Below are positions 49,076-59,374 of a stretch of DNA of 64,000 bases, one piece after another. Source of the DNA: Oopsacas minuta (Eukaryota > Animalia > Porifera); contig JAKMXF010000055.1 of NCBI GenBank assembly GCA_024704765.1, positions 62,001 to 126,000 of the forward strand, read 5' to 3'. The notes beneath the pieces are model-generated. The model was given only the letters and a program-made list of their open reading frames with translations, ran no database searches and was not told the origin of the DNA. How positions within the stretch are numbered: the stretch's first letter is position 1; every line of letters starts with the position of its first letter. A program made the position numbers and the translations under genes.

Positions 49076-51493
49076 CTATAATAGTTCTGTGACTTTGTCT
49101 TCTTCTACTTGTGTGTGAAGGTCCATGATTTCGTCATGAAGACGCTGTATCTCTGTATTGGACTGTTCTCGATGCTCCGTTTGGAGTAGTTGTATGTCTA
49201 CTGTGGTGGAGCACATACTGGAGGGAATATTTGTGAAGATAGCTGGGTCTCCAGCTGGTAGCCAGCTTTTTCTATAACTGGGCAAGATCTGGTAGTCAAA
49301 TAGCCAGGCGGCTATTGACATTATATTACCAGTGAAGAGGGGATCTTGAGCCTCTAGTTCCTCTATAGAGGGTTCCTCCATTAAGGTAGGAAGGTAACAA
49401 CTCTTCTCGTTTAATATAGTAGAAAGGGGAGAAGCTAGAAGTAAATTGCTGCTAGTGCCTTGTACTGGGGCCCCCACTCTGAGGGGGTGCTCTATGTCAT
49501 GATGTGAGCCAGATCCGCCGACTGGTCCTGTGCCTCTAAATTGGGTCGTAATGAGATCATGCCAGGACATGTTTATAGGCATGATGTTGAACCTGGAGTT
49601 GGCCTGGAACCAATCTGGTCCATTGGGATTGCTTCCCCAGCTGTCGACACTGATGTCGCTATGTAGAGCGGAGTGGTCTGAGTCGGGTAATGAGTGGTCC
49701 GGACTTGGTGGCATGATAGTGGTGTCTCCTTGATTGTGAAGTGGGACTTCGTGGCCGATGTTGGAAGGTATATATGTAAGTGTCCAGGTTGGACTTGGCC
49801 TTATGGTTGGTCGGTCCCCGATGACGTCATGCATCAGGACCTGGTTAATATGTAGAAGTTCCGAGGAGTTTAGTGTTCCAGCCCAGAGATCTTTATATGG
49901 CGAGTGGTGACTGTGGATTTTACGCCATGTTTTGGACTGGCGGAGCCAGTACCCGAATTGGTTCTTTAAGAACATGTGGCCAATTGGGTCTCTAGGGTCG
50001 AAACCTTTGGCGTAGTGTATTTTGTCCAGGATTAGATCGTGAATCTCTGGAGGGTAGCCTCTTGCTGGTAGAGATTTTGTGAAGCGTTGCCATACTTCCA
50101 GGAATAGGATATTGTTAGACGTAAATATGATGAATCTAATCACCATGATAATGAGATATCCAAAGTGAAGTCTTGGACTTATCGCATCATAGAGGGGACT
50201 AAATAGATTAACCCAGGTGGGTTTTATGTGCACTCTATATTGGCCGGTATGGTTTATTTCAAAGCCTAGCCAGGCTGCATAGTTATCTGTGCCGGCGTGT
50301 TGGATGGTGATTAGCTGTCCCTCTCTCTTGTAGCTTTCCTGTAGTGAGTTGATGACTATGTTGGTGTCGTGTGTAGGTGGTATAATCACAAGGATGTCAT
50401 CGAGATATCTCCCGTGCCACACGTCAGGGTGTCTTTTACGGAATTCTAGGTCCAACATAAAAAGCGTGAAGTCCGCTAGAAATGGCGCTGCTGCGCTTCC
50501 TTGAGATAGGCCACTCACTTGTTTGTATACTATCTTGTTGACCTGTACGTATGTGTGTTCTAATAAGTATAAGGATCGCGCCCATACGTTCATGTAGACA
50601 GGTAGGAGTTGTGCTGGTACGTATTCAAAGAAATATTTAAATGTTCTATGGACCATATTGTGCTTTATGGAAGGATAGCAACCCTCTACATCTAATTCTA
50701 CTAGGGAGGGGGGCTTTCCATAGTACTGTAGCATACTATCAATGGTGCGTGAAGCTTGGTCCAGTCCTACGTACTCATATTCAGCATGGATTTCATGGAA
50801 TCTGAAGAGAGTAGTCAATTCTTTTAAGAAGGAATAGCCAAAGAAGGATATAAACTTTGCTGAGGCCTCTAGGTATGAGAATCCCTGTACAAGAATTCTT
50901 CCGGGTACTGGGATGCGATTCTTGTGTATTTTAGGCATCATATAAATCTTGGATGCGTTGATTTTGTCATAAGAGGATGGATTTGTAACTACTTGATATT
51001 TTGATGGATCGTTGATCACCAAACCTCTTTGCTGTTGTAACCATTGTTTGCTGTGAATACACAATCCCATGCCCTTGTCAGTTTTCCTTATATGCGGGCC
51101 TCGCCTTCTTCTTGCATAATAAAATAGCTGTGTTAGTCCCACTGTGAGTGATGGTGGGAGGAGTTTTGAGCGAGTGGGGAGACTGTTTCTACTTACGTCA
51201 ATATGCGCGTGGGATCCTAACCACAATAATTGAAGATATGTATCGTTAGGACAGAGTTGTTCGAAATCCCGATTTCTGTATTCATCCAGGTGTTTGCTGG
51301 TATAGTCGAGAGCGACCTCTAGACCCATCTCTCTCACTGCGGTTGGTGTTGCAGTGTACCATCGGCCTTGGAGAAAGAGTGTGCACATAGTTGACCAGGT
51401 TTTGAGCTGTGCCCCGAGGAGGGGTGTGTCCTCCTCGGGGCTAAAAACAAGAGGCTCTTCTTCTAACTGCGAGACTTGAATAGATCCGGACAT
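49076..51493 (-). CDS. ORF3: Penelope-type reverse transcriptase (805 aa) with unknown C-terminal extension
   Basis: PLE hallmarks IRKTDKG, MPKIHK..P.RI, LDVEGCYPSI, YKQVSGLSQGSAAAPFLA, RYLDD, WLGFEI, KPT and RGYP; no GIY-YIG, RNase H or integrase seen. Confidence 0.9.
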   Translation of the reverse strand: MSGSIQVSQLEEEPLVFSPEEDTPLLGAQLKTWSTMCTLFLQGRWYTATPTAVREMGLEVALDYTSKHLDEYRNRDFEQLCPNDTYLQLLWLGSHAHIDVSRNSLPTRSKLLPPSLTVGLTQLFYYARRRRGPHIRKTDKGMGLCIHSKQWLQQQRGLVINDPSKYQVVTNPSSYDKINASKIYMMPKIHKNRIPVPGRILVQGFSYLEASAKFISFFGYSFLKELTTLFRFHEIHAEYEYVGLDQASRTIDSMLQYYGKPPSLVELDVEGCYPSIKHNMVHRTFKYFFEYVPAQLLPVYMNVWARSLYLLEHTYVQVNKIVYKQVSGLSQGSAAAPFLADFTLFMLDLEFRKRHPDVWHGRYLDDILVIIPPTHDTNIVINSLQESYKREGQLITIQHAGTDNYAAWLGFEINHTGQYRVHIKPTWVNLFSPLYDAISPRLHFGYLIIMVIRFIIFTSNNILFLEVWQRFTKSLPARGYPPEIHDLILDKIHYAKGFDPRDPIGHMFLKNQFGYWLRQSKTWRKIHSHHSPYKDLWAGTLNSSELLHINQVLMHDVIGDRPTIRPSPTWTLTYIPSNIGHEVPLHNQGDTTIMPPSPDHSLPDSDHSALHSDISVDSWGSNPNGPDWFQANSRFNIMPINMSWHDLITTQFRGTGPVGGSGSHHDIEHPLRVGAPVQGTSSNLLLASPLSTILNEKSCYLPTLMEEPSIEELEAQDPLFTGNIMSIAAWLFDYQILPSYRKSWLPAGDPAIFTNIPSSMCSTTVDIQLLQTEHREQSNTEIQRLHDEIMDLHTQVEEDKVTELL

Positions 51494-51507
51494 AGACAGC
51501 TCGACGT

Positions 51508-54171
51508 CTATGTCCGGCGACCTTTTGGCTGTTTAGTATTAGCAGAGTTAGGATATAGTTGGTGAGTGCAGAATTGTCTTCTGTGGCCGTATCTTCCACA
51601 TCCGTTGCACTTTATACTTGGTCTGCCACAAGCTGTGGAGACATGGCCAGGCCTCTGGCAATTGTGACAGATTAGGGGGTTACGACCCCTGATTGTTTGT
51701 GCTCTGTCGAGTTTAGGAGAGTAACTTCTACTTCTGCTCTTAGACCTGAATCTGGTGGGAGCTCTAATATTGGCTCTGAGGTTGTAAGGTGAACGGCTCC
51801 TAGTTTGTGATGGAGTAGGGCTTCTTCCTCTGGCTGGTGACTTTGTTCTAGATCTTGATCTTCCTTGTTGGTGTCGGACTATATCGTTGGTAGTCCAGTT
51901 ACTGCCATAGGAGTTGTTAGATGATCTGCTTCGTGACCTAGTGTCACGCCATCTATTGTTTCTTCTTCTGTTTCCTCTAGTAAATGAGCTTCTAGAGGTG
52001 GAGTTGGATCTCCTTGATCTATTACTTCTAGAGCTGGATCTAGAGAATCTTGAGGGAGATCGGCCTGATCTGCTAGAGGTGGTGGACCAGGAGGATGAGG
52101 TAGATGAGGACCTGCTGGACCTGGATGATCTAGAGGATCTTGAGGAGGCTCTAGAGTTGGATCTGTAGCCTCTTCTTCCTGGGAGCCTAGATATAGATGG
52201 AGATCTGGAGCGAGATCTGCTCCGTTGTCTTGTTCTCCTTGATTTTCTCTGAGTTGAATTTCTATTATCTCTGCCAGTACTCTTTGGTCTCCGGAAGGTT
52301 GTAGAGTCTCTTCTTCGGGAGTTACGTCCAGGGACTGCCTCAGCGTTGTTGGGATTAGTGAGGACAGCTGGCTCGAAGACCTTTCCGTCTTGGCTGACGA
52401 TGTTGAGGTCAGCATCATGATAAAGGTAGGTATGCCTACTTTCACTGAGTTTCTTGGCATATCTTTGCTGTAGTCGACACTCTCCGTTCAGGTGTACTAC
52501 TACTCCAGGCATCTTGGTGACTGTAAGGCCGCTAGGATCTGCGTCAGAGATCTCGTAGTACTTCCAGCTGTGGAGGTAACAGGGGCCGTACTTACAGTGT
52601 ATATTTCGATGGTCGTTGCCATCGAAATGCCGGTGGTATTGGCAGGTTTTGTCTCGGTTTCCTAATAAGATGTTGACATCTGCGAAGATGTAAGCTGCTT
52701 TTCTGCGCTCATCTTCTTTAAGGGCCTTTGCCATATAGGCCCTTTCCCACTGCTCCGTAGCTTTCTCTTGTACTGTTACCAGAGCATTGTGTATATCCTG
52801 GTAGACAAATAGAATTATCCCCCAGTCTTTTATTCTCAGCGCACTCCCATCTCTCATTTTTACATCTTCTGAAGAGATTCTGAGTACGTCTATGGCGTCT
52901 CTTCCTAGCAACCAGCTCTGTTGGCTTACTGGTAGAAAGCGGAAGGTGCTGCATCTTATCTTGTCTGTGACCAGTCGTAGAGCTTTTGGAATGTTGTTTC
53001 TGATTTCCCCGGTGATAGTTTCTTTTAAGACGATATTGTGTGCTACCATATCTCGTAGCTTCGTCATTATCCTCTTGGTTGTGGAGTTGGCTAAGATGTC
53101 TCCATCTTCCATTATGCTAATGTTCTCCACATGGTCTGTTAGCATGAAGGTGTTGATAATTTCTTCTGCTCCGGGATAGTACTCGACTGTGAGTGAGGTG
53201 TCTTCCGGTAGGGCATTTAACTCTTCAAAGATGGTCTTGAAGTAGTTTTTCTGGATTGATGTTATTAGGTTGTTAAGCTGAGACGAGAGGACAATAAGAT
53301 GGGAGGTTTCGTTCTGAATCATTGATATTGTGTTGTCCAGCAGCTTGGCTGCGACCTCCTTCTTAAATTCGTCTCGCTGACGGGTGGCATGATGTCTAGC
53401 GAGGACTTCTTTCTCTGCGTCTTTCAGCCAAGAGGTAGGTATTATAGATCGGAGGTTTCTGTATTCCTCCTCATCTAGATTTGGGTCGATTCCGACCTGG
53501 GTCACCCAGGCTTCGACGTACTTTCGGGACTTTTCCATCCTGTCGAGCCTGTGTCCTAGAGAGTATAATTGTGTATACTTCTTCTGCAGTTCTGTGGTCT
53601 TTCTCTTGAGGAAGGCGTTGGTGAATTTCCTAGTGTGGTTTTTGAGAAAGGATATTAAGGTTTGCTTCTTGTGTGATCCTGACGGTCGGAGTCTCAGATT
53701 GTCTTGGACGATCTTTCTTAAGAAGCCGGTGTCAAAACCGTATCGTCTATTATCCTCATGAAGAGAGGAATATTTATTTACTCCCAGTTCCCGTATGTCA
53801 GGACGGGATTCAGCAGCTGGGTGTACATTTAATTGTACTGTCTTTGACTTCATTATCCCAGGCTTGGTAGGGACTGGGTTCATTCCTGCAGCAATGTCTT
53901 CTAGTAGAGCAGCCAGTTCGTCATCTAGTTTTCCGGATGCTCTGTACATCTCTATGGTGTCCGCTATGTGAGGCTTCTTGGGGATGAATGGCGCGGCATC
54001 GCTATCCAACTTTGATGTGGGGAGCGCATTCATCCTGAAGCGGTCTTCTTCTATGAGTGCAGACAGCTGGGCTGTGTCTGCAATGTGCGTGACTTTTCTC
54101 GCACGGGGTTCTTCTGTCGATGAGGATGGGACAGACATCTCATCGGGTGACTTAGTTCGCACGCTCGACAT
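51508..54171 (-). CDS. ORF2: Gag/nucleocapsid-like protein (887 aa from first ATG; frame open from 54387)
   Basis: Coiled-coil N-half, CCCH-like cluster, ~200-aa Arg/Ser-rich tract, two CX2CX4HX4C knuckles (CHNCQRPGHVSTAC, CNGCGRYGHRRQFC). Confidence 0.85.
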   Translation of the reverse strand: MSSVRTKSPDEMSVPSSSTEEPRARKVTHIADTAQLSALIEEDRFRMNALPTSKLDSDAAPFIPKKPHIADTIEMYRASGKLDDELAALLEDIAAGMNPVPTKPGIMKSKTVQLNVHPAAESRPDIRELGVNKYSSLHEDNRRYGFDTGFLRKIVQDNLRLRPSGSHKKQTLISFLKNHTRKFTNAFLKRKTTELQKKYTQLYSLGHRLDRMEKSRKYVEAWVTQVGIDPNLDEEEYRNLRSIIPTSWLKDAEKEVLARHHATRQRDEFKKEVAAKLLDNTISMIQNETSHLIVLSSQLNNLITSIQKNYFKTIFEELNALPEDTSLTVEYYPGAEEIINTFMLTDHVENISIMEDGDILANSTTKRIMTKLRDMVAHNIVLKETITGEIRNNIPKALRLVTDKIRCSTFRFLPVSQQSWLLGRDAIDVLRISSEDVKMRDGSALRIKDWGIILFVYQDIHNALVTVQEKATEQWERAYMAKALKEDERRKAAYIFADVNILLGNRDKTCQYHRHFDGNDHRNIHCKYGPCYLHSWKYYEISDADPSGLTVTKMPGVVVHLNGECRLQQRYAKKLSESRHTYLYHDADLNIVSQDGKVFEPAVLTNPNNAEAVPGRNSRRRDSTTFRRPKSTGRDNRNSTQRKSRRTRQRSRSRSRSPSISRLPGRRGYRSNSRASSRSSRSSRSSRSSSTSSSWSTTSSRSGRSPSRFSRSSSRSNRSRRSNSTSRSSFTRGNRRRNNRWRDTRSRSRSSNNSYGSNWTTNDIVRHQQGRSRSRTKSPARGRSPTPSQTRSRSPYNLRANIRAPTRFRSKSRSRSYSPKLDRAQTIRGRNPLICHNCQRPGHVSTACGRPSIKCNGCGRYGHRRQFCTHQLYPNSANTKQPKGRRT

Positions 54172-54803
54172 GGAGGGTGCATCTGGAGTGAGTCCATCTG
54201 GTTTGGAATAGTGAGCGAGGAAATGTCCCAATCTGGCGGCTGAGATGTTGAATCCAGTGAGGAAGGTAAGAGGGGCTTCTGTGACAACATCTCGGTCTTT
54301 GCCTTTTGAGGTAGTATAGCTGAAACCAATGCTGGCGTACCAGTACGGACATCTCCCGCATTGTCTGCAAAGTATTGCGAAGCTGATCTAGACGAGTTCC
54401 TAATATAGCGGACGATGAGTGCTCGTCTGGTGACATAAAAGAAATCGAGGAACTCCTTGTCGGTCCAATTAAGAGTGGAAATGATCCCGTCCAGGACGAA
54501 ATCCTCTGTAGTAGGGTGTATTCCTCCCATGTTGAGTCCTTTGGCTCCGAGTCTTGCGAAGTCTGTTCCTTCTCCGACCCATACTCCTCTTCCATACATG
54601 CCAATGCCTCCCGAAATTGCACTGCCAGGAGGGTATATAAGCTCCTCATCATCAGTTTGTATAAGATCTGGGGGTCTTGTAACTGGTATGCCATCAAGAG
54701 AGGGAGGGGGATTTTCACCTGTAAATATTCTAAGATGTGGTCTACGTGGTGGAATAATATCATCAGTAGACACAGAAATGATATCGGCTTCGTTAGTCGC
54801 CAT
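54051..54803 (-). CDS. ORF1: 250-aa uncharacterised protein of the retroelement
   Basis: ATG 6 nt after the 5' 37-bp repeat; intact; overlaps ORF2 in the -1 frame. Confidence 0.7.
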   Translation of the reverse strand: MATNEADIISVSTDDIIPPRRPHLRIFTGENPPPSLDGIPVTRPPDLIQTDDEELIYPPGSAISGGIGMYGRGVWVGEGTDFARLGAKGLNMGGIHPTTEDFVLDGIISTLNWTDKEFLDFFYVTRRALIVRYIRNSSRSASQYFADNAGDVRTGTPALVSAILPQKAKTEMLSQKPLLPSSLDSTSQPPDWDISSLTIPNQMDSLQMHPPCRACELSHPMRCLSHPHRQKNPVREKSRTLQTQPSCLHS

Positions 54804-54849
54804 AATTTTCTATGTTGAAAACAAATTATCGTATAAAGGTAACAACATG

Positions 54850-55454
54850 TTGTCTAAAATAGATCTAATGGAACTGTCAACAGACCAAGCAAATTTTCTT
54901 TTAGTTTATTGCTAAGATTCGTTTCAGAAATTGACTGAGTTGCAAAAGGAGTAGTAATCCAAGTATTTGTCAAATCTCTTAGATCTATTTCAGAAAAATA
55001 CTTCAGAAAAGTATTCGCAAGTATTGTTAGGTGATTGCTAATTATTACCATCACTCTCCCTGTGAGAACTACATTTTCAATGATAAGATTGCTGAGCGAA
55101 TCAAAAGTGGTGATATCTCCTTTTTCAACTTGAGTAACCCCCTAATACAATACTTTCTTGTAAAAGCCTTTCACTTTGTCATGTGCCTGAAAAATATTAA
55201 TATCAAATCCTTGCAACTGAAGATTTAGCTCGTGTATTTTACTGAATACGTCTGTAAGATAAGCTAATTGACAAACCCAGTCTTCGTCCAAAAATGAACT
55301 TTCAAATCAGATTTCATATCTGAGAGAAAAGTACATACTTCGTGTCTCATTTCAAAAAGTCTCGTCAAGACTCGTCCTCTCGACAACCACCTGACCTCAG
55401 TATGCAACAATGATTGCGTGTGGTTTGCCCCCATTTCTTCACACATTATTTTAA
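54850..55454 (-). mobile_element. Buster-type hAT fragment, downstream of the Kolobok insertion site
   Basis: After TTAA (55451-54): IMCEEMG..H..LLHTEVRWLSRGRVL.RLFE, LAYLTDVFS, LNLQLQG; frameshifted. Confidence 0.85.
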
Positions 55455-57854
55455 GGGGAAAGTATCCTGAAACAACCTTATAGTGAAAGTATTTGATAAA
55501 TTTGGCCCAAATTTCTAGTAGGTTTCTGACCCCCTTCGATCCTTCCAAAAATGCATTAATATTAGCAAGTATTAAAAATCTAAATTCCTATTTGAAATTT
55601 ATGGATCAAATTTCTAGAAATAATTTAAAATTTTCAAAAGGCTAATTACATTCAATAACTGTTTTAAAACGTTCAATACATTTACAAATAGCTTTTCTAC
55701 TCACTCGATTTTCTATAAAACAACCAGGAAGTAATTTTGGATTTCCCAAGCTTTGGTTGAATTTACATGTGGGCATTAAAAATATTTTATTTAAATTATC
55801 GTATTTTTAGACTTTAAATCAAAGTTCGAAAGATTAGAAAAGTTACAAAACTGCCTAAGCTACCAGAATCCGTTTACAAATCAGTAATCGGTAATATATA
55901 TTTAAAATTATGATTTTTAGACATGGAAATTTTTACATTCTGAGATAATCGCCCAGAAAGTAAGAAATTTACATAGAATGATGTTTTCAATAGTTTAAAG
56001 GCTGGAATATGCTAGTATACTAAGAATACAACTAAATACAATAATATATTACAAGAGAACACAACTATACTATCGTAAAAGATACATAAATAGGGTATAT
56101 CTATGATCGCTGACACGTAGGACATATCCATAGCTCTTCCGCATTTACACACAAAACACTACCATAAATATTATTCAGACAGAAATTATGAAACCAGCTA
56201 TTACACACATCAAAACAGGTCCAATCAAATACATCTATCTTAGCAACCTTTTTACTATTAGATTTAGCACCACTGTTCTCATCACCACCACACAACATAC
56301 AACAAACATCACTACTAACACTTACATGTGAATATGCACCACTCTTATATCCATCACCTAATCTCTTCCTCCTGCGTTTGGATTGCTTTATTGACCATCT
56401 ACGTTTCGTGTACTCTTTACCTTTCTTTAATTTGCTAAAATCTATTCTATCATTATCAGACGAACTACAGAAGCGTATAAAGGATTGTGAAGGTTGCAAT
56501 CCTAACTCCCTAACTAAATCTGTAATACCAGCAAAACCATCATTGTACTTAATGACAGCGAGGCTTGATCCAAAATGCATCAGGTCCAGGTCAATTGCTC
56601 TTGTTTTAGGAATAAAAGACCAAATGACATTGTGCAAACTTTCATTCAAGTTTGATGTCCTACCCGCCTTCACCTTATCTAAAAATGAAAGTGTCATATA
56701 GGGTCCTAGGATTTCAATGAGCCGGTCTTTGCATGATTGAGAGAGAGCTGTTGGATGTGAAGGTATGGGATCTCCTAAGAATTTTGCTCTCCTATAGTGA
56801 CACCAAGAGCTCTCACCTTCAGGACAAAACTGATGCATTTCGGAGCAATTCTCGTCTGTAGCTGCTAAATGGTAAACTATGGCCAATAATAAATCCCGAA
56901 TTTCAGGTAATGTAGAAGTAGAATTAGATTTTATGGTATAACCATACAGGGAGGTGATTTTGTCAATAGTAGAGTCTGATAGTAATTCGATGTCAAAACT
57001 ACTTTTATCTAAATCACTATCGTCCCATTTTTCCCTTACTAATTTAGAGTCACGAAACGTAAAAGGTCTATAAGCCTGCCTAATATGCTTCTTCGCTTTC
57101 TCAGTTTTAGCTACAGCCAACTCATGTAGCATCAATGTTTTTTGAGAAGCTATAAATTGCTTCTGTTTTTCCACCAAATGTATTTTGATACGTTTTTGCA
57201 CGTGACTAAGGCATTCCTCACGTGAAATAACAACTCCATATTCACCATAAATATCAATGTCGACCAAGATATTCATACTTTTGTCATCCCCATCCGCAAC
57301 CACAGTAGAATATAATAATTTTTGGTCAATAGACTTACGAAAACAACAGGAGCTAACTTAGACTCTAAAGCCACGGAAGTATAATCCCCATATTCCTTTG
57401 CTTGGCATGTTTCCCGTGCTCGACTAGCCATAGGAAATAATCCTCCTTAGACAACCTCTTGCTTTTAGAGCTTCTTGTTTTTCGACACAATATCAACAAC
57501 CGTTGCAAGCAACTTCAAAGCTTAGTATTTAGCCGCTTTCTATGGAAATGGCTGCAGCAAAACAGTACCTCGCAAATCCGCCACCACCTTTCCCTGTCCT
57601 TTTTTGATAGGCACCATCATACGAAACTGCAACACTCAGAAATTCATCCCCTTGTTTTATGATACATGTTTCTCAACTTTTCAGCAGCACGGTTACAGCT
57701 GCGTACAGCCATTACCATAGAAACCATTGATAAATGTTTTTGGGTTGCATAAAATGCCCTATTAGCAAGGGTGGGGGATAAACCAATGATTGAATTCATA
57801 ATATCAATCCCACTTTTACCAATCCCAGCAAGCTTACCACCCAATACTTGTAAC
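55455..57854 (-). mobile_element. Kolobok DNA transposon, 3' half
   Basis: TIR GGGGAAAGTATCCT at 55455-68 next to TTAA; catalytic part of the transposase. Confidence 0.8.
56101..57303 (-). pseudogene. Kolobok-type DDE transposase C-terminal part with terminal PHD-like finger
   Basis: ADGDDKS, ECLSHVQKR, HQFCPEGESSWCHY, TSNLNESLHNVIWSFIPK, AVIKYNDG; upstream SYDGAYQKR is in a shifted frame. Confidence 0.8.
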
Positions 57855-57953
57855 TGTTGTTAATATTTTGAAGTTAATATTTCCTAAGGTGTTCGTACCT
57901 AATCACACAAGATTTATAAATTGAGTTACTGTACATGGAAAATATGTATTTAT

Positions 57954-59015
57954 TTATTTATTACCCAACTTTGGCTGATTTAGATTGTACGTCTCGTTGA
58001 GAAGATTGATATTTCTAGCACACATATCTAATTCATGCAATCTTGCAATCAATATTTCATCCAACTCTTGGTGAACTTTCTCCTCCTTCTCAGAAAGAGA
58101 TTGTCGGATCTGATCAAATTTCCGATTCAAGTCAGCATGCTGACCCTTGATGACTCTCCTGATTTTGTCCTTGGCTAGAAGAACCTCCTGGTTATTCGAC
58201 CTCTCATGGATATTTCCATCAGAATATGCTGGAAGTTGACTCATATGTAAAGGCTAATAGTTCCAGAAATCAGTATATTAATATCTATTTGATTATTAAT
58301 TCCTATTTATCATAGATGAAATTGTATAACTCTTGTTTTAGAATGAGAATAACATTAAACAATTTGGAAATTCCTCCAAGACTATAATCAGTGAATGAAT
58401 TGTTGATGGATTAGGAGTATAATGTCAGTTCATTAACATCATTACTTGCATAATTAAGCCACTGTTATACAAGTTTGTTGCGTCACGCTTAAGTGGTCAA
58501 TTGTGGCCGACACAATGAATATTCGAGTCAGAAAGTGTCAAAATTCTATGTATAAATGAATGATTAAGTCTTTTTCTACGCTATCGACAGCACCAATTGA
58601 GTTAATAGTGTCGTATTAACAAATTTTCAATATTCCTCTACTAGCCAAGTTACGTGTGTTAAATAAATCATATTGACTACCTCTAGTTGTAAGAGTATTC
58701 AATTCTTGCAGTCTAGCATTATAAGTTATTAAGAACATAATTATGGGAATAAGTCTCTAGTGATAAATACTAACTAGCAAGTTAACTCTATAACTAAAGG
58801 GGAAATACTCTTTCAATTGTTGCTTCTCCAACTTCCTACACTCACTGAGTGGAGGAAGAGTATTTTGGTAACTTTATATCATAGAGGCTAAGATATATTT
58901 CAATTTTGATCAGACTAATACTGTAACTAATATGTCACATCCCGGTAGCCCAGCGTATCCCGGTAAAATACTGCGTAGGAGTGGCTGTGACCAGCTGTTC
59001 TAGGGTAACGCAAAA
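57954..59015 (-). repeat. Duplicate of 19590-20360 joined to 21530-21740, including coiled-coil ORF 57954-58244
   Basis: Shared blocks; junction GGGGAAATACT|CTTTCAATTG lacks the ~1.17 kb present in the other copy. Confidence 0.88.
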
Positions 59016-59153
59016 ATTTATTCAAGTCATATTATTGTATTATATAAAATGACTTGAATGAATATTTGCTGCTAGACTGCTGGATTTCGCACGGCGCGCG
59101 GACGTACATATCACATCGTCCATGCCATTAGGGCATCTCCCTATAGGAGCTAC

Positions 59154-59374
59154 TAAAACTAAGAAATATGATTATGAAACCAAGAAATATGATTATAAAA
59201 CTAAGAAATATGATTATAAAACTAAGAAATATGACTATGAAAACTAAAACTAAGAAATATGACTATGAAAACTAAAACTATGAAATATGACTATGAAAAC
59301 TAAAACTATGAAATAAGATTATGAAACTAAGAAATACTAAAACTATAAAATAAGATTATGAAAACTAAAACTAT
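59154..59374. repeat. AT-rich minisatellite (21-28 bp, AAAACTAAGAAATATGATTATG core)
   Basis: About nine degenerate head-to-tail units. Confidence 0.88.

Larger units (their letters stand above)
48785..54846 (-). mobile_element. Intact three-ORF, endonuclease-less Penelope-like retroelement with 37-bp terminal direct repeats
   Basis: Perfect repeat CTATGTTGAAAACAAATTATCGTATAAAGGTAACAAC at 48785-48821 and 54810-54846; three uninterrupted same-strand ORFs; visibly GC-richer than flanks. Confidence 0.85.

Noticed and set aside
51879-52460. Extra ORFs 51879-52460 (-), 51914-52168 (+), 54152-54763 (-), 54457-54915 (+), 49530-49733 (+)
   Set aside because: Alternative-frame or antisense shadows of the GC-richer, low-complexity retroelement ORFs; no independent motifs
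48785-54846. LTR retrotransposon, DIRS/YR element or endogenous retrovirus interpretation
   Set aside because: No protease, RNase H, integrase or tyrosine recombinase motifs; repeats are only 37 bp without TG..CA ends; RT motifs are PLE-type
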